Positions 15,820-24,860 of a DNA stretch of 27,433 bases are shown in pieces. Positions within the stretch are counted from its first letter, which is position 1, and each line of letters starts with the position of its first letter. Below the pieces are notes generated by a model, which made no database searches, had not been told where the DNA came from, and worked only from the letters and a program-made list of their open reading frames with translations. Source of the DNA: a virus (taxonomy: Duplodnaviria; Caudoviricetes). The position numbers and the translations under genes are program-made. The stretch is taken from IMG/VR virus record IMGVR_UViG_3300012665_001197, positions 1 to 27,433 of that record; one strand, given 5' to 3'.

Positions 15820-16640
15820 ACTTTTAACATTTGTTCCAGTGTATATGTTTTTTGCATATAAGGTGATACATCATGCAAAACAGAATGTGCTAAGTCACCT
15901 TCTCTGCGTGGCATCACGTTTACTTTAAAATCACAAGCATTTACCTTTTTGAATGTGTTTACAATTTGTTGTACTGTATAACCTTCGCCTGTGCCTAGAT
16001 TTTCTAGTAAAAGATTTGAAGGTCGTTCGATAGCGAATCTAATGGCTTTGCATACTTCAAGTACGTGTATATAATCACGCACGGCGGTACCATCAAGTGT
16101 ATCGTAGTCATTACCATATAAATTAAACTCACCTGTCTCCCTCGCTTTCATTAGATTATACATCAGACTATCTTGGTTTGTTGGTTCATAACCAGCAGAA
16201 CCAATAACATTGTAGAACCTGAAAATTGTGTGGCCTTTACCATTCAAAGTACAATAGTTTCTTACCAATGATTCAGTTGTCTTTTTTGATATTGCATAAG
16301 GACTCACAGCACCGCCTGCTGCTGCACCAGTAGATGCAAAGATGAAATTATCATAACTCACACGTTCCATGACATTCAATGTACCACCAACGTTTGTTTG
16401 ATAGTAACACATTGGCCACTTCATAGAATCACCAACATTCACCAATGCAGCCAAATGAACCACAGTATCATAGTGTCCATCTAAACAAACCATGTTGTTA
16501 ATGTCTTGTTCAATAAATGATGTACCAAGTTGAGGAACATATTTTATATCCAATCCAGTCACCTCATATTCGTCACCCAGTATATGAACCAAGTGCCGAC
16601 CAATGTAACCGGAACTACCGGTGATTAGAACCTTCTTCAT
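15816..16640 (-). CDS. NAD-dependent epimerase (UDP-glucose 4-epimerase-like)
   Basis: TGSSGYIG, VHLAA...VG.S, YAISK (YxxxK), RFYNV.G, DGT.VRDYIHV, RR.GD. Confidence 0.88.
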   Translation of the reverse strand: MKKVLITGSSGYIGRHLVHILGDEYEVTGLDIKYVPQLGTSFIEQDINNMVCLDGHYDTVVHLAALVNVGDSMKWPMCYYQTNVGGTLNVMERVSYDNFIFASTGAAAGGAVSPYAISKKTTESLVRNYCTLNGKGHTIFRFYNVIGSAGYEPTNQDSLMYNLMKARETGEFNLYGNDYDTLDGTAVRDYIHVLEVCKAIRFAIERPSNLLLENLGTGEGYTVQQIVNTFKKVNACDFKVNVMPRREGDLAHSVLHDVSPYMQKTYTLEQMLKV

Positions 16641-16921
16641 TCTTTGTAATCTATAGAGTTAATGAAACGCATTTTTTCTTTAATGTCCCATGACTTCAAA
16701 TAGTCATTGTCTTTGTCAAACAATTCCAAATAGTCTTTGGCTGACAATTCACGTGTTGAAACAATCACTTCATCCATGTGGTGTTGTGAAAATTCATGGA
16801 AATCTTCTTTGCCAATTTCCATAACAAATTCGTCCTCTGCATGAGAAGCTTCACGAGCCTCAATCACATAACGCATACGAAACATTGATACAGTTTCAAC
16901 CAGATACAGTTTCTTTTCCAT
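16637..16921 (-). CDS. hypothetical protein
   Basis: YLVETVS.FRMRYV.EA; packed between neighbours. Confidence 0.7.
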   Translation of the reverse strand: MEKKLYLVETVSMFRMRYVIEAREASHAEDEFVMEIGKEDFHEFSQHHMDEVIVSTRELSAKDYLELFDKDNDYLKSWDIKEKMRFINSIDYKE

Positions 16922-17138
16922 CTTCTTGCACTCCAAAAGTTTTATCAATTTCATACAAACACACATTGGCCAACTCAGAAGCTGGCCATTTGTGTTGACT
17001 GGCATATTTTCTATTCTGAACGATGATATTCATACATTCTTCAGCAACCAATTTGGTCAACTTTTCTGCATCACCAACAGCAATCCATTTACCACTCACA
17101 TCAGTGGGTATTGCTGCAAGTATCGTTTGTTCATTCAT
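16896..17138 (-). CDS. hypothetical protein
   Basis: SD GGAGG; TGATG overlap. Confidence 0.6.
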   Translation of the reverse strand: MNEQTILAAIPTDVSGKWIAVGDAEKLTKLVAEECMNIIVQNRKYASQHKWPASELANVCLYEIDKTFGVQEDGKETVSG

Positions 17139-17992
17139 CACACCTCCACAAATTTCAATTTGAATCTATCTGCACGGTCTTCGTATGCATCATAACCACG
17201 TGGATTGCAAACGATTCGTGTTGAACCAATCATGTAGTCAAAATCTTCATGTGTATGACCATGAGTCCACAATTTGATTTGTGGATGATCCATGATGAAT
17301 TCATCTAATGCAGTACTGTAACCACCATTCATAATTACTTCATCGGCATAACGAGGATGTGTTGATGATTTACTTGGTGCATGGTGACCCACAACAACAA
17401 ACTTTTCATCAAACTTACCTTCAATCATCAGGCGAATATACTCCATCATTTTCCTGTGGTCTTCAACGGCATCTTCCGGGGAGAAACGACTTTCACGTTT
17501 ATGAAATTTACCATCATCATCTTTGAATATTGTTACCCGATTACTATTTTGAACACAACGAAAATCATTCATCATACCTTTCATGTGCAGCAGTGTGATT
17601 GGATCCTCATTGTTCATATCAGTCCACAAAGTACCACCAATGAATGTTATATCATCAACAACAAATGTTTCTTTATCTAAGATATGAAGATTATCCAAAT
17701 AAGAAAGCCTATCACGGAGAATTGTAAGAGTGTTAGCATAATCACCGTGATAATGTTCATGGTTCCCCATAATATAAACAACATGAGGAAATCTGTCACA
17801 ACATTCTTGAAAGAATTGATGCCATGTCGCAGAGCGGCCAAAGCGGTCCATAATCTCATAATCATCCTTCACATTCAAATCTTTGGCAACACAAATGTCA
17901 CCACCAAGAATCAACACATCAGCACCTTCTGTATTGTCGAGGCTGATAGTACCAAATTCTAGGTGAATATCCGAACAAACTGCAATTTTCAT
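17138..17992 (-). CDS. calcineurin-like metallophosphoesterase
   Basis: SDIH, GGDI, GNHE, HH.P, HGHTH, NPRGY motifs. Confidence 0.9.
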   Translation of the reverse strand: MKIAVCSDIHLEFGTISLDNTEGADVLILGGDICVAKDLNVKDDYEIMDRFGRSATWHQFFQECCDRFPHVVYIMGNHEHYHGDYANTLTILRDRLSYLDNLHILDKETFVVDDITFIGGTLWTDMNNEDPITLLHMKGMMNDFRCVQNSNRVTIFKDDDGKFHKRESRFSPEDAVEDHRKMMEYIRLMIEGKFDEKFVVVGHHAPSKSSTHPRYADEVIMNGGYSTALDEFIMDHPQIKLWTHGHTHEDFDYMIGSTRIVCNPRGYDAYEDRADRFKLKFVEV

Positions 17993-18013
17993 AGTAATTT
18001 CCTTAATGATGAT

Positions 18014-18064
18014 ATTATATCACAGGATTGTATATAGGTCAAGTGGTGTTGTTGAAATGCGACA
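18014..18064 (-). promoter_or_regulatory. early sigma70-type promoter with upstream TGTTG-N8-CAACA-like box
   Basis: TTGACC-17-TATAAT (18042-18014); box at 18047-18064. Confidence 0.8.
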
Positions 18065-18070
18065 CACGTG

Positions 18071-18622
18071 TTATGGCCATGTGTAACCTCTTTGCTCAAA
18101 CTTAGATTGTCTCCATGTTGTCAGTGATTTCATGTTATTGATTTTCAATTTTTTATTGAAACACAAATCATATTGTTCTCTTGAAATAAACAACTGGTCG
18201 TGGCCAAAATGATAATATGGTTTACAATGCACAAAATCAAATGTTTCTCTTATTTGTTCTGGTGTACCAGTATGTTTGGTGATAAACTGTATATCATTCT
18301 TCAATGTGATTGCATTTTCGGTGATGCATAGATTATCACTTGATGTGACCTGCCTGTACTTTTCATCAATTACAGCAATTTCATCTGGATGTATGTCAAT
18401 AAAGATTTTTTTAACAACATCTTGTGACAAAACATTTTGGAAATATACATCCCAATCTTTCGGTGTGCCGCCTTGGATTAAGGACGCAATTGCACCACCA
18501 GTCAAAAACATATCATCATAATGTGTGGCAGGAATTAATTTCTTCAAATAAGATATCTTCGAACGAATAGAGGCTTTTGCTGAAAATATTATAGACGTTT
18601 CATGGTCAGTGAATTCTGCCAT
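18071..18622 (-). CDS. nucleotidyltransferase-like protein (CCA/poly(A) polymerase head-like)
   Basis: FLTGGAIASL..G..PKDWDVY (GG...DxD) and FDF motif. Confidence 0.6.
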   Translation of the reverse strand: MAEFTDHETSIIFSAKASIRSKISYLKKLIPATHYDDMFLTGGAIASLIQGGTPKDWDVYFQNVLSQDVVKKIFIDIHPDEIAVIDEKYRQVTSSDNLCITENAITLKNDIQFITKHTGTPEQIRETFDFVHCKPYYHFGHDQLFISREQYDLCFNKKLKINNMKSLTTWRQSKFEQRGYTWP

Positions 18623-18824
18623 CTGTTGCACCTTTTAATGTATTTTCCATGTGTGGAAGTAAAAGCAATAAAACATCTTCACATTCCGAAATTTTTGCCA
18701 ATGTTACCATTCTAGCCATAATCACGCCGGCCAAGGCTGCATAATTCACATCATAGTTCATTACAATCTTATAAAGAAAATCATCAAAATCTTCATTAAG
18801 TGTGACAATATCTTGTTCAGTCAT
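18606..18824 (-). CDS. hypothetical protein
   Basis: TGATG overlap. Confidence 0.6.
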   Translation of the reverse strand: MTEQDIVTLNEDFDDFLYKIVMNYDVNYAALAGVIMARMVTLAKISECEDVLLLLLPHMENTLKGATDGRIH

Positions 18825-19204
18825 CAGTCAACCTTTTCAATGTCCATTTCACAATCAATAATCATTTCACAATCAGTTGGTGTCCAACCATGTTCCTCAA
18901 GGTCGAATACTGAATTTTCTTCCAAGAATTCTTCGAGCCATGCTTTGGTTGCATCATCACATTCATCCATGTCATGTTCTTCCCAACAACCATCATTCGT
19001 TTCAATCATTTCACAATCATAACCACAGGCGAACATATCAACACCTGCTTCTAATACGGGTGGCGTGTCATCATCGGTGTATACCTCAAACTCACCCCAT
19101 CGCCAACCGGTTTCAACAATCATTCGTTGGTTGTTTGGTCCCATCCATTCTTGTCGTTCAATAATGGACTTTTTCCATTGTGGTGTAACTTTCCATGTCG
19201 CCAT
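18824..19204 (-). CDS. acidic hypothetical protein
   Basis: TAATG overlap; D/E- and W-rich. Confidence 0.7.
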   Translation of the reverse strand: MATWKVTPQWKKSIIERQEWMGPNNQRMIVETGWRWGEFEVYTDDDTPPVLEAGVDMFACGYDCEMIETNDGCWEEHDMDECDDATKAWLEEFLEENSVFDLEEHGWTPTDCEMIIDCEMDIEKVD

Positions 19205-19551
19205 TATTTTTTCTCCTGCGGTTGTTCCATCTTCGGTTCCTCATATGAGATTGGTTGTTCAAATCTCGGCATCGCACCAGTAAATGCACCACTAATTGCT
19301 TTACGCAAAGCATACAATGGAAAAAACACAACAGCCAAGCCAAGTGTAATACCGATACCAATCGCAACAAATGCCTTCACATAGAAAATGTAAGTCACTT
19401 CGAGCATCAGATTCCAAAATCCTGCTGTGCCAAAATTTTCAGTAGGGTCACCTTCATTAAAGGTGCGAATGTGTTTGACAAACTGTTTATTCAACACTTC
19501 TGTTTGTGTGATAAGAATGTCAACAATACCACGATATAAACTAATCATCAT
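19204..19551 (-). CDS. hypothetical membrane protein
   Basis: long hydrophobic segment; overlaps neighbours. Confidence 0.65.
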   Translation of the reverse strand: MMISLYRGIVDILITQTEVLNKQFVKHIRTFNEGDPTENFGTAGFWNLMLEVTYIFYVKAFVAIGIGITLGLAVVFFPLYALRKAISGAFTGAMPRFEQPISYEEPKMEQPQEKK

Positions 19552-19826
19552 ACTTGTACCTCATAAGTTACATCATAACCACCTTTGCGGTCGGTCCACC
19601 AATCATCTTCATCCATCCAATCCCAATCAAGGTCAACACCTTCTTCCCATGCTTTTTCAATCACTTCTTCGATAGAGATTTCACCTGCTTCAAAATTGAG
19701 ATACATCAAATCAATTTCAGCTTCATCTTCAATGTCACAATAAATTTCACCAAACAAATCACGGTCAATTTCGATTTCATATCGTTTCTCAACCGAATGC
19801 CATTCCGATTTAACAATGCTAACCAT
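19548..19826 (-). CDS. acidic hypothetical protein
   Basis: SD AAGGAG; D/E-rich. Confidence 0.7.
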   Translation of the reverse strand: MVSIVKSEWHSVEKRYEIEIDRDLFGEIYCDIEDEAEIDLMYLNFEAGEISIEEVIEKAWEEGVDLDWDWMDEDDWWTDRKGGYDVTYEVQV

Positions 19827-19835
19827 AATTACTCC

Positions 19836-20363
19836 TTATCTTAATGTATAGTGTGCAACGACAGCATTAGGTTTCTTTAATGCTTCAGCACGGCGTTGTT
19901 TATATTTCACATTCTCAACATCCAACAGTTTGACTTCACTGTTTTCACGTTTATTCCAAATTGCTTCACATTCAGCTTTGGTGTAATCTGTGAGTTGTAG
20001 ACAATCTTCCATAAAGAATTTGCTGTCATCTTCAGGTTTAGTCATCAATTCTTCTTTGTTTTTTGGTTGTGTATCTACGCCTTCTTGAACCTTGTTTTCA
20101 TTCAGGTCAATATGCACAGGATTCTCAGGAACAACCACCTTCTCAATGATAATTTGTTCTTGTTCAACCTTAGGCACAGCTGGTTTGGTTGGTCTGTGGT
20201 TTGCTAATACAACAAGAGCAACCAGAGCCAAAGAACCAATCATAATTTGTTTCCACCAAAGGTAGAAAACAAGGCCGAGAACAAATACACCAATGCCGCC
20301 CAACACCACCATTTCTAGTGTGTGTTGGGAAAGACCAGAATCATTGACGATTTCGGAATACAT
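19836..20363 (-). CDS. membrane-anchored hypothetical protein
   Basis: two N-terminal TM segments, soluble C-terminus with two Cys. Confidence 0.65.
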   Translation of the reverse strand: MYSEIVNDSGLSQHTLEMVVLGGIGVFVLGLVFYLWWKQIMIGSLALVALVVLANHRPTKPAVPKVEQEQIIIEKVVVPENPVHIDLNENKVQEGVDTQPKNKEELMTKPEDDSKFFMEDCLQLTDYTKAECEAIWNKRENSEVKLLDVENVKYKQRRAEALKKPNAVVAHYTLR

Positions 20364-20373
20364 TTAAATCACC

Positions 20374-20622
20374 TTATTGACGATAAGCCACTTCACAAGA
20401 AACAGAAACTGGATACATGATTGTGCCATGCTCCGTTTTCTGCGGCAGTGTTTGAATCACTGGACGCATTTTTGCGTTAATACAATCTTTGGACGCCTGA
20501 ATTACCTCAGAGCGTTCAATCACTTTTGCTTTTTCGAAACCATCCAACTTGGGAGTTGAACACGCAGCAATTACCAAGAAAAGAATAGTAAACATACCAT
20601 ATCTCAAAGTTCTGTTAAACAT
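20374..20622 (-). CDS. putative lipoprotein
   Basis: lipobox-like LVIAA|C after hydrophobic stretch. Confidence 0.6.
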   Translation of the reverse strand: MFNRTLRYGMFTILFLVIAACSTPKLDGFEKAKVIERSEVIQASKDCINAKMRPVIQTLPQKTEHGTIMYPVSVSCEVAYRQ

Positions 20623-20836
20623 TTTTAATCCTATCAATTAGTTGTGATGCTTCACTAAAATTGGAGATTTCATCGGTGAATTCCATTTCTTGAACCATCA
20701 GTTCAGCTTTTGCCATACGGATTAATTCTAATGCATAGGCAATATCATCGTTGTCGGCTTGATCCAGCCATTCGTCAAAACTTTCATTTGTGGTGTTCAT
20801 AATAAACTCCAGGTTGTCTCGGTCCCACTCATTCAT
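20615..20836 (-). CDS. acidic hypothetical protein
   Basis: 73 aa; ATGA overlap. Confidence 0.65.
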   Translation of the reverse strand: MNEWDRDNLEFIMNTTNESFDEWLDQADNDDIAYALELIRMAKAELMVQEMEFTDEISNFSEASQLIDRIKNV

Positions 20837-21039
20837 TTGAAGTTCGCCTTGATGCCATCATTTTTGAATAAGATTCCACATAGACCAGTTATACCCATCG
20901 CTGTAATGAAACCAATTTCATTGATGCCGTTAATTGCTGGCATCAGGAACATATTCCAGCACAACATGACAGCCAATGAATTCAAACAAAGAATGAATAT
21001 AACAATCAACACTTGCGACCAAAATTTAGACCAGTCCAT
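20833..21039 (-). CDS. small membrane protein
   Basis: two TM segments; SD GGAG before ATG 21039 (alternative start 21069). Confidence 0.6.
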   Translation of the reverse strand: MDWSKFWSQVLIVIFILCLNSLAVMLCWNMFLMPAINGINEIGFITAMGITGLCGILFKNDGIKANFK

Positions 21040-21068
21040 AGATTCTCCGTTTATAGTGGGACGAAACA

Positions 21069-21395
21069 TTAGGCTTCAGTAGTTTCGGTTGCTGGTTGTG
21101 CAACAGGTGCTGGTGCTGCAGCTTTGGTGCCGACATAACGGCCGTTTGCATCAAACTCGGTGTGATTCACCAACTGATATGCTTTAACAGCACGACCTTC
21201 TTTGTGAACCTTGATGATGCCGCCATCTTTGCGGATGTTGTAGATATTGGTGGATAAGCGATAGAGTACCGCTTCTTGGTCTGTACCTTTGAAACAGGCC
21301 TTAATCTCATCGGGAGATACAGGTTTACCTGACAGCAAAGTAACAGTGATTTTTTCGTGGCGATTTTGTTTGCCGGTGCGAATGGTGTTTGACAT
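21069..21395 (-). CDS. hypothetical protein, possible winged-helix DNA-binding
   Basis: SD GAAAGGA; helix-helix then RK.G..I.V......AY.L wing-like pattern. Confidence 0.6.
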   Translation of the reverse strand: MSNTIRTGKQNRHEKITVTLLSGKPVSPDEIKACFKGTDQEAVLYRLSTNIYNIRKDGGIIKVHKEGRAVKAYQLVNHTEFDANGRYVGTKAAAPAPVAQPATETTEA

Positions 21396-21438
21396 TTTAA
21401 GTCCTTTCAAAATACATGATAAAATTACCAACAATTTG

Positions 21439-21493
21439 ATTATAACACATGGATGGCCTGTTGGCAACCATCCAGTGTTGTTTTCTTACATCA
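21439..21493 (-). promoter_or_regulatory. early sigma70-type promoter with upstream box
   Basis: TTGCCA-17-TATAAT (21467-21439); TGATG-N8-CAACA at 21476-21493. Confidence 0.8.
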
Positions 21494-22633
21494 GAATGGG
21501 ATTTCTTCCGCATCATGTGGTGTAGGTTTAACCTGTGCAGGTGCATCCACTTTAGCGTCCACTTTGGAATACAAATCCAGGAATGCCATCTTAGTGTCGG
21601 TGTCGAATCGTGACACACACAGCTCAATTGATTTCATACGGTCACCAAAGATTTTAAATGCCTTGGCAATGTGTACCAAACGGCGTGTGGAGATAATTTC
21701 ATCAACAGCACCTTGGTCAAATGATTGTCGAACAATATCAGCCCATTGTGTCAACTTCTCAACAAAATCCTGGTCATTAATCAATGGTGCAAGGATTTTC
21801 TTCTCAGTCTTAACATCAGGATATTCCTGTTCAACTGTAATAGGGAAACGTTCTAGGAATGCATCATCTAGAATCTGTGAAAGATAACGGCCTTCTTCAC
21901 TGCCACGACCTTTGGTGTTTGCAGTAGCAATCACATTGAAGCCATCGGCAGGATAAACCATTTCACCGTTCTTCTTATTGTAATATGGTTTGCCTTCTAA
22001 GATACCTTGCAAACACATTAACTTATTAGAACCACGGTCAACTTCGTCAATCAGTAGAACGGCACCACGTTTCATTGCCGTGATAACTGGACCATCACGA
22101 TTAACCACATTACCATTGACAAGGGTAGGACCACCGAGAAGGTCACTCTCATCCGTTTCAATCGAGATATTAACTCGGATACACTCACGCCCGAGCGTAG
22201 CGCATACCTGTTCAACCATAAGGGTTTTACCGTTACCAGATAGGCCAGTAATGAATACAGGATAAAAAGAACTAGACTTGATAATATTAACAAGGTCTTT
22301 ATAAAATCCAAAGGGAACATAATCAGGGTGCTTTACAGGAATTGATACATCAGAATCGTCAACCAGTTTAGGTTGTTTGAATTCTAGCACTTGTGCTAAT
22401 GATACTTCAAGTTCTGGTTCAGGTTGTTTCATTTGTTTTTTGGTGCCAATATCAGGCAATTTATAACGACCACGGTCAACACGATATTCCGATTTAGTTA
22501 CAAACCAATGCGGAAACGAAAGGTCATTTTCTTCAACGACTTGTTGAATGCCGTCACGGGTCAAAATAGAACCAGTGCCATACAATTCTTCGGCTGCTTT
22601 AACGAAAGCAGTTTGGTTGCGGTTTAAACTCAT
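21491..22633 (-). CDS. cobS: CobS-like MoxR AAA+ ATPase
   Basis: GLSGNGKT, RVNI..ETDE.DL.GG, GPV..AM.RG..LLIDEVD, TANTKG.G, AFLERF, ISTRRL. Confidence 0.85.
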   Translation of the reverse strand: MSLNRNQTAFVKAAEELYGTGSILTRDGIQQVVEENDLSFPHWFVTKSEYRVDRGRYKLPDIGTKKQMKQPEPELEVSLAQVLEFKQPKLVDDSDVSIPVKHPDYVPFGFYKDLVNIIKSSSFYPVFITGLSGNGKTLMVEQVCATLGRECIRVNISIETDESDLLGGPTLVNGNVVNRDGPVITAMKRGAVLLIDEVDRGSNKLMCLQGILEGKPYYNKKNGEMVYPADGFNVIATANTKGRGSEEGRYLSQILDDAFLERFPITVEQEYPDVKTEKKILAPLINDQDFVEKLTQWADIVRQSFDQGAVDEIISTRRLVHIAKAFKIFGDRMKSIELCVSRFDTDTKMAFLDLYSKVDAKVDAPAQVKPTPHDAEEIPF

Positions 22634-22665
22634 TTTTTCTCCAGTTATGATGCCCACATATTGGT

Positions 22666-22708
22666 ATTATACAGGATAACAATCTCAATGGCAAGTACTA
22701 CTAAAGTA
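22666..22708 (-). promoter_or_regulatory. early sigma70-type promoter with adjacent TACTACTAAAGTA box
   Basis: TTGCCA-17-TATAAT (22694-22666); box at 22696-22708. Confidence 0.8.
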
Positions 22709-22709
22709 A

Positions 22710-22964
22710 TCATTCTCCGTCCCATTTCTCGGTTTGTTGAAAGGATTTTTCTTGGATTGTGCGGCTATTCTTAAATATATGCCTAGGATTACCACACAAT
22801 GCACAATCGGGATTACCACAGTCCATGGCATGGTGTTTGGCAAACTTGTGTGGTTCTTTAACATCCAATCCATGTGACTTAGCAATCTTCATTTGTTTTT
22901 TGATAGCGTTTTCATCTTTCAGTAAACGCTTGGAGTGTTTGATTTTATCTTCTTCTGTACTCAT
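22710..22964 (-). CDS. small basic protein with Cys/His cluster
   Basis: HHAMDCGNPDCALCGNPR putative Zn site. Confidence 0.7.
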   Translation of the reverse strand: MSTEEDKIKHSKRLLKDENAIKKQMKIAKSHGLDVKEPHKFAKHHAMDCGNPDCALCGNPRHIFKNSRTIQEKSFQQTEKWDGE

Positions 22965-22973
22965 TTTAAATCC

Positions 22974-24095
22974 TTAAAAGGCATCAAAGTTGAAATACTT
23001 GGTTGTTTCTTTCATCAAAATCACAGTAGTACCTTCTCTTTCAAAGATAAACTGGCCAGTCTTGTTGTTGAATTTCACCAAGTCATCATTGCTGAACTCA
23101 CGTTCATTCCAACCTGAATCTTCAACGTTGTCATCTTCATCAGAATCAACAATAACAGGCGAAAGTTGATTTTTAGGTTGTGGTTCTGCCTTCTTCAAAG
23201 ACTTGAACCAGTAACTGACACTAATATCTTTCGTTGACAACGGCGCACCAGACCAACTTGTTGGACTCACACGGTCTGCCTTACGGTCACCACGATAAAC
23301 TTCAATAGAATATGTGGCACCAGAATCAAACTCAGCCTTCACGTTAAGAATACGCATTGCATCTTGTGGTGATTCATTGTAACGATTCATTTCTTCAATC
23401 ATTGCCTTCAACATATCAAAGTTAAATGCAGCAAATACAGAAGCAATGTTTACAATTTTATCTGTGTGTGATTTATCATTCAAGTTATCAGCACAGTATT
23501 CACGGATAAAATCTTCATCCAAACCTTTGAAGTTAACCATGTAGAAAATACGGCCTGGTCGGTTACGCATATGTGAATCAACACGCCATTTATCATTACT
23601 GGTTAAAATAAACAATTTCTTGGTTGAATAGATGCCATCAAGCAATGTCAACAATGCTTCTTGTTCTTCTTGGTTGTACACCTTTTCAAACTCATCGAAC
23701 ATCACAATACATGGTTGTTGGATGGACTGAATCAATGTATTAAATTTATCACCATGCCATGCAGCATTGATAACAATGGTAGGCACACCTTGCTTGGCCA
23801 TTTCAATACAAATGTTTTTGCTCAGCAAGGTCTTACCTGAACCTTTTTCACCAACGAGCATTACACCTGTGGACTTCTCACGACTCCAAAAACTGTTAAT
23901 GATACGATTAGTGTTGTTAATCGTATCACCGTACATCTTGGCAGGCACATCGAAATTCTCAATCTGTTCGATAAAGAAATTTTCGAATGGGTCCTGCTTG
24001 ACAACATAGTTGCCAGCAGGCAGTACCTCATGGAGGTCCATTGATTCCCTAGTGGCAATACGGAATGTATTGCCTGACTTCATGTAATAACTCAT
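22974..24095 (-). CDS. AAA-family ATPase
   Basis: GEKGSGKT Walker A, MFDEFEK Walker B, LLDG, TSN, RPGR. Confidence 0.88.
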   Translation of the reverse strand: MSYYMKSGNTFRIATRESMDLHEVLPAGNYVVKQDPFENFFIEQIENFDVPAKMYGDTINNTNRIINSFWSREKSTGVMLVGEKGSGKTLLSKNICIEMAKQGVPTIVINAAWHGDKFNTLIQSIQQPCIVMFDEFEKVYNQEEQEALLTLLDGIYSTKKLFILTSNDKWRVDSHMRNRPGRIFYMVNFKGLDEDFIREYCADNLNDKSHTDKIVNIASVFAAFNFDMLKAMIEEMNRYNESPQDAMRILNVKAEFDSGATYSIEVYRGDRKADRVSPTSWSGAPLSTKDISVSYWFKSLKKAEPQPKNQLSPVIVDSDEDDNVEDSGWNEREFSNDDLVKFNNKTGQFIFEREGTTVILMKETTKYFNFDAF

Positions 24096-24109
24096 TACAA
24101 AACTTTCAA

Positions 24110-24859
24110 TTAAATTGCAGAATTAGCATTCTCTTGCACTGGTGCAGTAAATTCTTTTTCATCGTCTGGCATAACACCAACTTCACCAATCACTTCATAA
24201 CGGCAGGCACGGCCTTTCGCATTGTTGTAATCGGATGGGATGGATACAACGTCACGTGGATTGATTTTAACAATCACAGTACGTTCACCACCAAAGTGTG
24301 ACAAATAGGACTCAGAACAGAAATGCAAACCAGCAGAGCAAGTTTGGTTCTTGTCATCGTTAACTTGGTTGCGTTCCATCTCCACAATCTTGCCAACAGA
24401 ATTGTCCATTGTACCTGTGTGGCAGTCGGTGTAATTTTCACGGATTTTCTTGTAAGCCAAGAAATGACCATCGCCTGTAATTGGCAAACGATTCTTTTCC
24501 AAGAAACCATATAACTCATTCACAGCACGATATGAAGGGTTTTGCATCATGTTTTCCATGAAGTTAACCAATGGTTCAACAGGGAAACCTGTTTGCAACA
24601 TTTCAATCATACGATTAACAATGGCACCATGCATCTCTGTGCCTTTCCAAAACAATTTCTCGCCTTGGACTTCAATATTGCCTGAACCATAATTCAACAC
24701 AACCTTTTTAGGATTGATTGTATCACGCACAGCTTCCCAATCATTGGCCTTGATGGCATCAACTACCTTTTGATAGGTGATATGGGTTTTAGAAATTGTA
24801 TGTGGTGTGTTATCAATAACAACCACGACATTGGAACCTTGAATCAAATACGGAAACAT
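24110..24859 (-). CDS. rIIB: rIIB-like protein
   Basis: ELYGFL....LPIT.DGHFLAYK, TCSAGLH, VKINPRDVVSIP.DY...K.R.CRYEV; follows rIIA. Confidence 0.88.
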   Translation of the reverse strand: MFPYLIQGSNVVVVIDNTPHTISKTHITYQKVVDAIKANDWEAVRDTINPKKVVLNYGSGNIEVQGEKLFWKGTEMHGAIVNRMIEMLQTGFPVEPLVNFMENMMQNPSYRAVNELYGFLEKNRLPITGDGHFLAYKKIRENYTDCHTGTMDNSVGKIVEMERNQVNDDKNQTCSAGLHFCSESYLSHFGGERTVIVKINPRDVVSIPSDYNNAKGRACRYEVIGEVGVMPDDEKEFTAPVQENANSAI

Positions 24860-24860
24860 T

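Noticed and set aside
19836-20622. Spanin (Rz/Rz1) pair
   Set aside because: The lipoprotein precedes the TM protein, which has two TMs and no long coiled coil; the context is early genes rather than a lysis cassette.
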